From: Gemmatimonadales bacterium
Lineage (GTDB): Bacteria; Gemmatimonadota; Gemmatimonadetes; Gemmatimonadales; GWC2-71-9
Direction: 5' to 3'
DNA: 64,000 bases
Assembly: GCA_011772755.1 (NCBI GenBank)
Contig: WVYX01000291.1
Span: 27,365 to 91,364 of the forward strand
Translations under genes and position numbers: made by a program
The notes under the pieces: model-generated
Database searches by the model: none
Told to the model about the DNA's origin: nothing
Seen by the model: only the letters and a program-made list of their open reading frames with translations
In this document: one piece after another, positions 37,049 to 45,640 of the stretch
Layout: the number at the start of each line of letters is the position of its first letter
How positions within the stretch are numbered: position 1 is the stretch's first letter

Positions 37049-37691
37049 CGGCAACGCCTCCCACCTGCGGAGCTATGCCGGCCTGCAGGCCATCTTCCCG
37101 TTGCTACACCGTCCCTACAGCTCGAACCCCGTGCTCAATCCGACGACCAATTGAGGCCCGGCGGGGAACTCACTCCCGGCGAGGGGCAGGCGAACACCGC
37201 CCTCCAGCCAGAGCGGATTGATGGCACGGACACCGCCGGCGAGCTGCAACGTGATGATACGGCGAACCCTCGCCATCGGAATGCCCTCCACGATCCATTT
37301 TCTGCTCGTGAACCCGATCTCCACCCCCAAGACACGAGTTCCGCCCCGCGGGACGTCGGCGTTCGAGCCGGCGCAATCTCGGGACGATCCGGGGACGGAA
37401 TCCCGTCGCGGCCCGGGACACCGTCGAACATCTCCGACTCGGGAATTGGGTAGGGTTCCCGCGGGAACCGTCAGGAACCTCCTGTGGTTCTCCTGGTCGT
37501 ATGGAACACCGCCAATTGCCGAACCCTCGCCCCGCGGCGCCCCAGGAAACCAGCGGTCTTTGCCGGTCTGGCGGCTCACCCGCCGTGGCCGCCGCCAGGC
37601 TTGCGGCGTGACCGGACCGCGAGGCCGCTGAAGCACATAGCAGGCTCCCATCACTCCGTTCAACCAGGCACCCTGTTTGAGGAGGAGACGC

Positions 37692-38087
37692 ATGGTAAGA
37701 CGTATGATCGCAGGACTTGGCGCAGGTGCCTTCCTGGCCCTCGCTCTCCCGGCGGTAGCCCAGGCCCAGATGATGGGCAAGGCGCCCGAAGGTAGGGAGG
37801 CGACGCTGTCCGGGACGGTGATCGACCTGTCCTGCAAGTTCCGGCATGGCCTGGCCGGAGCGGAGCACCGCATGTGTGCTCAGGTTTGTGCAGATAAGGG
37901 CGTACCGCTTGCAATCCTGACGGACGACGGCAAGCTCTACGTTCCAGTGAGCGCCGGGATGCCCGGTGGCAACGAGAGTGAGCGCCTGAAGGAGTTCGCC
38001 GAGCAGAAGGTGACGGTGAAGGGCAAGGTGTTCGACGCCGGTGGTGCCAAGGCCATCGAGATCGCCAGCGTAAGCAAGCGGTACTAG
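37692..38087 (+). CDS. secreted Cys/His-containing hypothetical protein
   Basis: ATG 37692 follows GAGGAGGAG; the track TTG start contains this SD. Signal peptide ...LPAVAQAQ. Contains DLSCKFRHGLAGAEHRMCAQVCADKG. Confidence 0.55.
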   Translation: MVRRMIAGLGAGAFLALALPAVAQAQMMGKAPEGREATLSGTVIDLSCKFRHGLAGAEHRMCAQVCADKGVPLAILTDDGKLYVPVSAGMPGGNESERLKEFAEQKVTVKGKVFDAGGAKAIEIASVSKRY

Positions 38088-38090
38088 GCG

Positions 38091-39641
38091 TTGCACGCTG
38101 AACGGACGGGCCGGGGCATTCCCCGGCCCGTGCTCTTGTTGGCCGGGTTGGCCCTCGTGGCCGGCCTGGCTGTCGCTGCGCTTGGGGTTGGCGACGGGGG
38201 CGGGCGGGGGCCTATTGCCGTGCCCAATCCCGACGTGGCGGCACCGGTGGAGTCTCTGGTGGGTGCGGTGCGGCATGTCTATCAGGCCGACGCGCCGGAG
38301 CTGCTGCTGCCGGACACGCTCGTGCCAGCTCAAGCGGTTCAGCTGCTGTGGTTCCAGGGACGTCCGGTCTCGCGGCTCCGTGGCGGCGGTTCGGTGACGC
38401 TGGACGGCGCTGGCGGCGTGGTGCGATTCGATACGCGCCTCACTGCGCACCGCGTCCAGCTCCGGCTCGAAGGCCGGGCACCGATCAGCGTTGCTGCTGC
38501 CGGCGACGGTGGGTTCTGGCTGGTGGATGGCGAGGGAAACGTGTTGCGCACGGGGCCGGGCGGAGAGTTGGTCCACACGCTACCCGCACCGTTCGACTAC
38601 GCAGCCGTGGTTGCCGATCCGCAAGGTGGTGCGTGGCTGGCCCGTTCGACCGAGCTATTCTCGTACCGCCTCGCCACCCACAGCGATCCCCTGCTCGTGT
38701 ATCTCGATCCCGGGGGAGAGCGATCGCAGACGATGGGGTCCGTTCTGCTTCCGGAACACGTGCTGCTCGTTGAGCTCGCGAACGCGGGCCATGTTACCGC
38801 AGGAACGAGCGCGGTCTATTTTGCGCCGTTCGTTCGGGATGAAGTCATCGCCTTCTCCCGCTCCGGCGATACGCTGTGGGTGGCGCACCGGGGCCTGCCT
38901 CAGGCCGTGGATGAGCCACGGTTTGAGCTGACCGATGATGGGCCTACCATTGACTACGCGCCGGTCAACCTGGGGATCGCTCTGGGCCCGGACGGAAGGC
39001 TCTACGTGCTTAGCATTCCCGGGTTCACCACTATGGAGAGCCGCCTCGACGTGTACGACACCGAGGCGGGACGGCTGCAGCGCACAGCCTGGCTGCCTAC
39101 GCCGCTTCCGACGCTGGGACTCGATGCTGAAGGACGGCTCTACCTCCTTGAGCCCTTCAGACTGCTCACCGGCATCGCTCCCCACGAGCGAGAGGCGTTC
39201 GCGCCGTTCGATCTCGAGACTCTGGGCGGCGAGCGGACGACGCTTGCCGACTTCCAGGGCAAGGTGGTGCTGGTCAATTTCTGGGCAAGCTGGTGCGCGC
39301 CCTGCCGAGTCGAGATGCCGGCGCTCGATAGCCTGTGGCGGTCGATCCAGGATTCGGATTTCGCGTTCATCACGATGAACGAGGACATCGACGTCGGGGA
39401 CGCGGGGGAATTCCTGGACGAGTACGGCTTCGAGTTTCCGGTGCTCCTAGGCCGCGGCAAGCTCAGGCAGCGATACCACTACCTGGGACTTCCCTTCACG
39501 GTGCTGCTGGATCGCCAGGGCCGCGTGGTACAACGCTGGATCGGCTTTGCCGGCGAAGATCAGATTGCGTCGATCCGGGCGGTGATCCGGGCGGAGTTGG
39601 ATCGGGGCGGCGGAATGTCACACGGGGGGCACGAGGAGTGA
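38091..39641 (+). CDS. beta-propeller-like domain fused to TlpA/ResA-type thioredoxin
   Basis: TTG start 3 nt after the previous stop, with an N-terminal anchor. Repeated GxxxV/L...DxxGxLY blocks. C-terminal VVLVNFWASWCAPCRVEMP redoxin domain. Confidence 0.75.
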   Translation: MHAERTGRGIPRPVLLLAGLALVAGLAVAALGVGDGGGRGPIAVPNPDVAAPVESLVGAVRHVYQADAPELLLPDTLVPAQAVQLLWFQGRPVSRLRGGGSVTLDGAGGVVRFDTRLTAHRVQLRLEGRAPISVAAAGDGGFWLVDGEGNVLRTGPGGELVHTLPAPFDYAAVVADPQGGAWLARSTELFSYRLATHSDPLLVYLDPGGERSQTMGSVLLPEHVLLVELANAGHVTAGTSAVYFAPFVRDEVIAFSRSGDTLWVAHRGLPQAVDEPRFELTDDGPTIDYAPVNLGIALGPDGRLYVLSIPGFTTMESRLDVYDTEAGRLQRTAWLPTPLPTLGLDAEGRLYLLEPFRLLTGIAPHEREAFAPFDLETLGGERTTLADFQGKVVLVNFWASWCAPCRVEMPALDSLWRSIQDSDFAFITMNEDIDVGDAGEFLDEYGFEFPVLLGRGKLRQRYHYLGLPFTVLLDRQGRVVQRWIGFAGEDQIASIRAVIRAELDRGGGMSHGGHEE

Positions 39642-39739
39642 GGGGTAAGGAGTGAGGAGTGTAAGCCATCTCGCAGCACTCCTTACTCCTCACCCCTTAC
39701 TCCTTACCCCTTACTCCTTACCCCTCACTCCATCACTCC
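39635..39739. repeat. inverted arrays of a 7-nt repeat (GGRGTRA): 4 units on plus strand, 9 units on minus strand
   Basis: 39635-39662 reads GGAGTGA GGGGTAA GGAGTGA GGAGTGT. 39676-39739 reads as tandem TYACYCC units. The arms can pair (GGAGTGAGGGGTAAGGAG with CTCCTTACCCCTCACTCC). The element spans both stop codons of the convergent genes. Confidence 0.75.
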
Positions 39740-40851
39740 CGAGCCACCCGCGTCTCTGGCTGGAACACGGCCCAAGCGAACCAGAAGTGGTTGCCGTGCG
39801 GAACGGGTTTGAGCTCGGTGCCAGCGAGTTCACCGCTGATGGCCCGTCCCAAGATGTTCCACGTGGACTTGGTTTCCCGGTCCCTGAACAGCCCCTCGCC
39901 AGCGGGCTCGAAGTTGAGGGTCCGGGAGCCTACCTGTCGGCTGAACACGCCGCTAGCGCCGACGTCTCGACCGCGGGCGATCTCCCGATCGTCCAGCGCG
40001 CTGGCGGTCCCGGGCGCCCACAATACGACGATGGGTTTGTCGCCTACCTCGTCGTTCACCACCCGCTTCTTCTGAAGGCTCGAAAACGGATAGGCCACCG
40101 TTTCCCAGCCGAGAGAAAGTGCCACCACCCGCTCCATGGCGGGGAGTCGATTGTCGGCACGTCGCCGGAACGCCCATGAGAACGGGGATCCGTGTGGGTC
40201 GTCGTAGCCTTGGTAGGGGTTGTCTCCGTAGGGCCGGCGGTGTCCGGTGTCACGGGAGAGTACCTTGCCGTGGGGGTGGGTGTCCTTGAATGTCTTCCAG
40301 TTCACCACCGGGGCGCTCACGAACTCGAGCTTCCTTCCCGCATAGTCGCCCACTATCCCCTTCCCCACCGCCTGTTGCCACCAGGTCTCCGTCTGGCGGT
40401 CGTACATCACGAGATCCGAGTGCCTGAGCCGACCAGTGGTGCCGAAGTCCAGAACGCGGTCATCGAAGCGGCGGTCGAAAGCGAGAGCCGTGTTGCACAA
40501 CGGGCAGTAGGTCACCGCCACAGGTATCCCGCCCACCAGGTCGTTCACAATCTCATGCCAGATCAGGATCTGCAGCGGGTACGCCTTGGCTTCGCCACCC
40601 AGAGAAACGACGGCGACAGGCTCCCGATCGTCGAGCCAGCGATCGGCTTCACGAATCGAGACGAACTTCGGGTTGTCGATGGCCGGGATCCCGTCCTTGG
40701 GCGGACCGCCGGAGACGATCTCCTCCAGCGGCACCGTATGGTTGGAGAAGTCAGTGCGCCATTCGCCACGGGACTGGGCCGACGCCGGAGCCGCCGCCAT
40801 GAGTGCAGTCGCCAAGATCGTCGATATGGATTGCAGCCGGGTTGTACGCAT
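39733..40851 (-). CDS. DUF3179 domain protein (secreted)
   Basis: Signal peptide, then GGPPKDGIPAIDNPKF...AYPLQILIWHEIVND...VTYCPLCNT. This is the typical DUF3179 pattern from memory. Confidence 0.7.
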   Translation of the reverse strand: MRTTRLQSISTILATALMAAAPASAQSRGEWRTDFSNHTVPLEEIVSGGPPKDGIPAIDNPKFVSIREADRWLDDREPVAVVSLGGEAKAYPLQILIWHEIVNDLVGGIPVAVTYCPLCNTALAFDRRFDDRVLDFGTTGRLRHSDLVMYDRQTETWWQQAVGKGIVGDYAGRKLEFVSAPVVNWKTFKDTHPHGKVLSRDTGHRRPYGDNPYQGYDDPHGSPFSWAFRRRADNRLPAMERVVALSLGWETVAYPFSSLQKKRVVNDEVGDKPIVVLWAPGTASALDDREIARGRDVGASGVFSRQVGSRTLNFEPAGEGLFRDRETKSTWNILGRAISGELAGTELKPVPHGNHFWFAWAVFQPETRVARE

Positions 40852-40974
40852 GGGAGCCCTGCCGTTTGGAGGCGTTGTGTCGTCTAGTTGACCTGCTGGT
40901 TGGGAAACGGTGCGCTTGGCTGGGAGGTTCCGCGAAGCTTCGTGGGTCGAGTGGGATGAGCGAGGGAGTCAGGC

Positions 40975-42768
40975 TCAATCCATGGGATCGGCCAGGCTAA
41001 TCAGGGTCTGCCCCGGCTTGGCAGCCGGCGGGTTGATCGCGGTGAAGATCAGCACCTCCCCCGAGTCACGGATGCCGAGCAGGGGGATGGCGCTCTCGCC
41101 GTACCGGGACCTGAAGGCTGCGAAATCGAACTCCTCGGTCAAGCGGGTCTTCTTGATGACGGCACCTCCCTGGAACCGGGCGGCAAGATAATCATGGGTC
41201 GCGTCGGACCGAAACAGGAAGCGGCCTCGCAGGTGCTTGGGAATCCAGCTCCGCTGGCCATCGGCCTCGGAACCCTCTGGGGGAAGCTGAAACAGCCGCG
41301 CCCGATCGAAAGCGTCGCTGAAGTGGAGAGCGGCAAGGGCGTTCACTTCGTCGTTGGGCGTGAGTGCCAGCAAGCGGCCGATCCCACTGAGGTCGAGGTC
41401 TTCCAATGCCCGCTCGGTGAGGACGTCCATGTAGTGGGTCTGGAGGCCTTGGCGACGGGCTGCGGCGACGTTGGCCCAGTTGGAATCGGCAAGGACGACG
41501 CGTATGCCCTGGTCCACCAGCGTCTTGGCCAGTGCCCTCACCCAGGGTGCGGCACCGATCATCAGCAGGCCCTGTGGATTGGGTGTGGCTACGGCCAAGC
41601 GACGCGCGACGATGGGCGTGAAGATCCCGTAGGTGGCGACGGTGCCAACGATCACCAGGAACGTCAGCGGTACCAAGCGCTCGGCCGAGGCGTACCCCAG
41701 CTCCACTAGCTTGAGGGCGAAGACTGACGCGACTGCCGCGGCGACGATGCCCCGCGGCGCGATGAAGCCCAGGAACGCGCGCTCCTGCCAACTGAAGCTC
41801 GATCTCCACGTGGAGAGCGCGACCGCCAGCGGACGCACCAGGAAGATGAGCGCGGCGAGGAACAGGAGGCTGCCCCCGCTCGTGTAGGCAGGATCTCGCA
41901 GCGGTAGACGCGCCGCGAGAATTATGAACAGGACCGAGATCAGCAGTACGCGCAGGTTCTCCTTGAACTCGACGATGTGCCGAACGGTGACGAACTTCTG
42001 GCTGGCCAGGGCAGTGCCCATCACTGTGACAGCGAGCAGTCCGGACTCTGCCTGGATCTGGTTCGACGCTGCGAACACCACCAGGACGACGGTGAGCGCC
42101 ACGGGGTTCTGCAAGAAATCGGGAATCCAATAATGCCGCAGTAGCAGCACAACAGCGCCGGCGCCGGCCAGCCCGAGGGCACCGCCGGTCGCTACGGCTC
42201 GGAGCACGCCCTGGGCAGCTACACTGATGCCTGCCTCGAATCCGCCTGCAGCCATGGCCTCGAACACCAGTACTGCGAGGATCGCGCCGATGGGATCGTT
42301 CACGATCCCCTCCCACTTGACGGCCGATCCGACGCGACCGTCCGGTCGGATGTGCCGTAGGAGAGGCACGATGACCGTCGGGCCCGTGACGACGAGAATG
42401 GCGCCGAACAGGGTGGAGAGGGCGAAGTCGAACCCGAGGAGGAGGTGAGCCAGCATGGCGGCAATGACCCAGGTGGTCAGCACACCGACGCTGACGAGAT
42501 TGCGCACCACGCGACCGATCTCGCGTAGCTCGGCGACATCGAGGCTCAGCCCACCTTCGAACAGAATGACTGCCACGGACAGGGAAACCACCGGTAAGAG
42601 TAGGTCGCCAAGTAGCCTGTCCGGGTCTATCAGGCCGGCGACCGGGCCGGCCAAGAATCCTACCAGGAGTAGCAGCAGGATAGCCGGCAGCCGTAACCGC
42701 CAGGACAGCCACTGGGCGCCGATGCCGAGTGCGGCGATTCCGGCGAGGCCAACCAGTATTTGCTCCAC
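40975..42768 (-). CDS. CPA1-type cation:proton antiporter with C-terminal RCK/TrkA-like domains
   Basis: About 400-aa polytopic Na_H_Exchanger-like region. Followed by GLLMIGAAPWVRALAKTLVDQGIRVVLAD (Rossmann-like) and a C-terminal TrkA-C-like part. Confidence 0.85.
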   Translation of the reverse strand: MEQILVGLAGIAALGIGAQWLSWRLRLPAILLLLLVGFLAGPVAGLIDPDRLLGDLLLPVVSLSVAVILFEGGLSLDVAELREIGRVVRNLVSVGVLTTWVIAAMLAHLLLGFDFALSTLFGAILVVTGPTVIVPLLRHIRPDGRVGSAVKWEGIVNDPIGAILAVLVFEAMAAGGFEAGISVAAQGVLRAVATGGALGLAGAGAVVLLLRHYWIPDFLQNPVALTVVLVVFAASNQIQAESGLLAVTVMGTALASQKFVTVRHIVEFKENLRVLLISVLFIILAARLPLRDPAYTSGGSLLFLAALIFLVRPLAVALSTWRSSFSWQERAFLGFIAPRGIVAAAVASVFALKLVELGYASAERLVPLTFLVIVGTVATYGIFTPIVARRLAVATPNPQGLLMIGAAPWVRALAKTLVDQGIRVVLADSNWANVAAARRQGLQTHYMDVLTERALEDLDLSGIGRLLALTPNDEVNALAALHFSDAFDRARLFQLPPEGSEADGQRSWIPKHLRGRFLFRSDATHDYLAARFQGGAVIKKTRLTEEFDFAAFRSRYGESAIPLLGIRDSGEVLIFTAINPPAAKPGQTLISLADPMD

Positions 42769-42774
42769 GGTCGG

Positions 42775-44304
42775 CTACTCCCTGGAGTGGGTGAGAGCGA
42801 GCCTGCTGCGCCTCCCCGAACGGGGCGCCGTGGTTCGCGCCCCCGGTCGCCGTTGCACCAGCGCGGCGACGCCGACGGCGGTGAAACCCAGTCCGAACAC
42901 CAAGGCAGACCCGGTCGGTGACGTACCGTAGCTCAGCAGGACGTGCGCCGCTACGGCGAGCACCGTGAGCCCGACCGTGCACTCGGCGAGGGCCTTCTTG
43001 GAAGCCGCGAGCCGGTACGGCGTCAAGCGCCACGAACCGTCGCCCTCTTGTCCCAGCCGATACTTAGGTGTTCGTAGGAACGGAGTGCTCTTGCGGGTGA
43101 GTCCACGATACACGGCCGCGGCCTGGCCGAGGGCAATGCCCACACCGAGCACCAGGATGACGGGCACCGTGGCAAGCCGTCGCCACCAGCGCGGTCCGCC
43201 TCGAACCCACGCTGCCACGCCGTAGAACACCGTTAGAGCTGCTAGCGCGAACGTGAGCAACGCCCCGTCCGCGGCGAGCAGCCAGCTTCGGTGGAGGGGA
43301 CCGAGCACCCAGCCCGCTGCAAGTCCCACCATCGCCAGGAGCACCATTGCCGGGTAGGTGAAGTGAGCTGTGAGGTGCCAGAACGCCTCGCGCCTAATCG
43401 AAGTCGGGATCTGCGCCCGGGCAAGTGTTGGCAGGATCTTGCAGGCGGTCTGTATACCGCCTTGTGCCCAACGTTGCTGTTGCGTGCGATACGCCGCCAC
43501 TTCGACCGGCAGCTCTGCGGGCACCTCGAGATCATCGCGGTACACGAAGCGCCATCCCGCGAGCTGGGCGCGGTAGGACAGATCGAGGTCCTCCGTGAGT
43601 GTGTCGGTGTGCCATCCCCCCGCCGACTCGATCGCCTGTCGCCGCCAGACACCGGCCGTCCCGTTGAAGTTGAAGAACCAACCTGCTGCCGCCCTCACGC
43701 CGTGTTCGACGGTGAAGTGAGCGTCGAGCTGGAGTGCCTGGGCCCGGGTGAGCAGCGATGACTCTGCATTGAGGTGGCCCCAACGCGCCTGCACCATGCC
43801 GACGGTGGGATCCCGGAATTCCCCCACGACGCGCCGGAGAAAGTCGGGGGTAGGCACGAAGTCGGCGTCGAAGATGGCCAGGAACTCGCCTCGTGCCTGC
43901 TCAGTTCCTGCCGCCAGCGCGCCGGCCTTGTATCCAACGCGGCTCGTTCGCCGGAGATGTACCGCCTGAACCCCCTTGGCCCGTAGCTGCGAGACGGCGC
44001 GCGCCACCGCCTGGCTAGTATCGTCGGTGGAGTCGTCCAGCACCTGCACTTCCAGCAGATCCTTGGGGTAGTCCAGCTTGCCGCTGGCGAGGATCGCACG
44101 CTCGGCCACGTAGCGCTCGTTGTACAGAGGGATCTGCACGGTCACCGAAGGCAGGAAATCTGGCTCTCTTGCCGGGACCGTCTGGCGGCCGCGGACGCGG
44201 CGCACGTAGCGCACGGCGAGCAGGAGCCGGTGCAGCCCGTAGGATGCCAACACCATGGCAGCTGCCAAGTGCAGACCGATTAGGACGGTGGTAGCGGAGG
44301 GCAC
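42775..44304 (-). CDS. processive family-2 glycosyltransferase (CslA/cellulose-synthase-like)
   Basis: VTVQIPLYNE, VLDDSTDDT, FDADF and QQRWAQG (QxxRW) motifs, with N- and C-terminal TM helices. Confidence 0.85.
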   Translation of the reverse strand: MPSATTVLIGLHLAAAMVLASYGLHRLLLAVRYVRRVRGRQTVPAREPDFLPSVTVQIPLYNERYVAERAILASGKLDYPKDLLEVQVLDDSTDDTSQAVARAVSQLRAKGVQAVHLRRTSRVGYKAGALAAGTEQARGEFLAIFDADFVPTPDFLRRVVGEFRDPTVGMVQARWGHLNAESSLLTRAQALQLDAHFTVEHGVRAAAGWFFNFNGTAGVWRRQAIESAGGWHTDTLTEDLDLSYRAQLAGWRFVYRDDLEVPAELPVEVAAYRTQQQRWAQGGIQTACKILPTLARAQIPTSIRREAFWHLTAHFTYPAMVLLAMVGLAAGWVLGPLHRSWLLAADGALLTFALAALTVFYGVAAWVRGGPRWWRRLATVPVILVLGVGIALGQAAAVYRGLTRKSTPFLRTPKYRLGQEGDGSWRLTPYRLAASKKALAECTVGLTVLAVAAHVLLSYGTSPTGSALVFGLGFTAVGVAALVQRRPGARTTAPRSGRRSRLALTHSRE

Positions 44305-44305
44305 G

Positions 44306-44773
44306 TCAGAATACGGGACCGGGTCCAGCGTCTCCGCCGCTCACCGCGAGGATCCCGTCGCAGCGCGAGCACACGACCCCCTGCTCGTCTCTGAGTTCGG
44401 CGGTCGAGAAGATCAGAGTCTTGCCGACCCGAACGGCACGCGCCTCAACCTGGAGTCGATCGCCGATCACCGGGCGGAGGTACTGGATGCCGAGCTGCGC
44501 GACGCCTGCCCGACGCCCAACGGTGTGAAGGTATCCGGCGAGGCCGATTGCGAGATCGAACACGCCAGCGATCGTGGCCCCGTTCACCGCGTCGGTTCCG
44601 AGCCCGCCGCGGTGGTGTGGCTGGATTGGGTCCACCACGGCGCGGACAGTGCCCGGCGTGGAGAGGTCGACTCGGGCTCCGAGGTGCTCCATGCCCGGGT
44701 GCTCGTTCCATAGCTTCTGGATCTGGGCGAGCTCGGTTTCGGACAGTTGCCAGGTCTGTTGATCCGGATTCAT
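44306..44773 (-). CDS. PaaI/hotdog-fold thioesterase
   Basis: Start at ATG 44773, 155 aa. Contains HHRGGLGTDAVNGATIAGVFDLAIG. The stop is 1 nt from the GT2 start. Confidence 0.72.
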   Translation of the reverse strand: MNPDQQTWQLSETELAQIQKLWNEHPGMEHLGARVDLSTPGTVRAVVDPIQPHHRGGLGTDAVNGATIAGVFDLAIGLAGYLHTVGRRAGVAQLGIQYLRPVIGDRLQVEARAVRVGKTLIFSTAELRDEQGVVCSRCDGILAVSGGDAGPGPVF

Positions 44774-44814
44774 GGCGCGCGCTGGTATTCCGCCTGCGAT
44801 ATGACAGGTTGAGG

Positions 44815-45600
44815 CTACGTTCTTGCGAGAGAACTGCCACCGTCGACCACAAACACGGCACCGGTGATCCAGGCACCGGCGGGACTCGCCACGTACACTG
44901 TCATGTTGCCAATGTCTTCGGGAGTTCCCCAGCGGCCAAGGGGAATGAGTCGTCGCATCTCCTCGTCGATCCCCGCAGTGCTCGTGTCGCCGGTCGCGAA
45001 TGCCCGCTGGGCGCCCTCCGTGGGGATCGGTCCCGGTGCTATCGCGTTGACGGTAATGTTCGCCGGCGCCCACTCCAGGGCGAGCGTGCGCGTCAGCGCA
45101 TCGATGCCCGCTTTCGCCGCTGTCGCGTGGGCCATCTGAGGCCAGCCCCGGTAGTGCAGGGTCATCGAAATGGCGATGATTCTGCCGCCGCCCTGGCGCG
45201 CCATGATGGGGTACACCGCCTGCGAACAGAAGAACGTGCCGTAGAGATCGGTCTCAACGACGGCCCGCCATCCCTTGGGCGAGAGATCCGCCGAGGGGGC
45301 GTAGAAGTTCCCCGCGGCGTTGTTGACCAGCACGTCGATGCGGCCGAACTCCTCCGCGGCGTGTTCGACCATGGCTCTCACGGAATCGGGCTCCCGGACA
45401 TTGACTCCTACTGGAAGTGCTCGAACGCCATGTTCCCGCAGCCGGGCAGCCGCAGGCTCGATGTGTTCGGGTTTGCGACTGGCGACGACCACGTCGGCCC
45501 CGCATCGGGCTAGCTGACTGGCCACGCCGAACCCGATGCCGGTGCCGCCGCCGGTGACCAGGGCCACCTGGCCAGTGAGCAATCTCTCGCGAAAGATCAC
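44815..45600 (-). CDS. SDR family oxidoreductase (dienoyl-/enoyl-CoA reductase-like)
   Basis: VTGGGTGIG, NNAAGNF and AAKAG motifs. 261 aa. Confidence 0.85.
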   Translation of the reverse strand: MIFRERLLTGQVALVTGGGTGIGFGVASQLARCGADVVVASRKPEHIEPAAARLREHGVRALPVGVNVREPDSVRAMVEHAAEEFGRIDVLVNNAAGNFYAPSADLSPKGWRAVVETDLYGTFFCSQAVYPIMARQGGGRIIAISMTLHYRGWPQMAHATAAKAGIDALTRTLALEWAPANITVNAIAPGPIPTEGAQRAFATGDTSTAGIDEEMRRLIPLGRWGTPEDIGNMTVYVASPAGAWITGAVFVVDGGSSLART

Positions 45601-45640
45601 AGTTGCTCCTTAGGAAGAGACCATCTGCAACGTCCAGAGG

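Noticed and set aside
34724-37054. 776-aa minus-strand ORF, the longest non-annotated ORF in the track
   Set aside because: It is antisense to the hybrid histidine kinase, which has unmistakable H-box, HATPase, REC and HPt motifs. Its translation is Arg/Pro/Gly/His-rich with no motifs. This is a typical shadow ORF of GC-rich DNA.
37667-37681. Sigma54-like AGGCAC-N5-TTGA upstream of ORF 37692
   Set aside because: The -12 element would overlap the SD, and the transcript would start at about the ATG and lack its own ribosome-binding site. The last consensus base also mismatches (TTGA versus TTGC).
37170-38576. 468-aa minus-strand ORF across the non-coding gap and the Cys-protein/TlpA genes
   Set aside because: It has no motifs and low-complexity composition, and it is antisense to genes with an SD, signal peptides and a CxxC redoxin domain.
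41192-43033. 613-aa minus-strand ORF overlapping the antiporter and GT2 genes in another frame
   Set aside because: It is an Arg/Pro/Gly-rich low-complexity translation. The same DNA encodes a polytopic CPA1 antiporter and a GT2 with clear motifs in the alternative frames.
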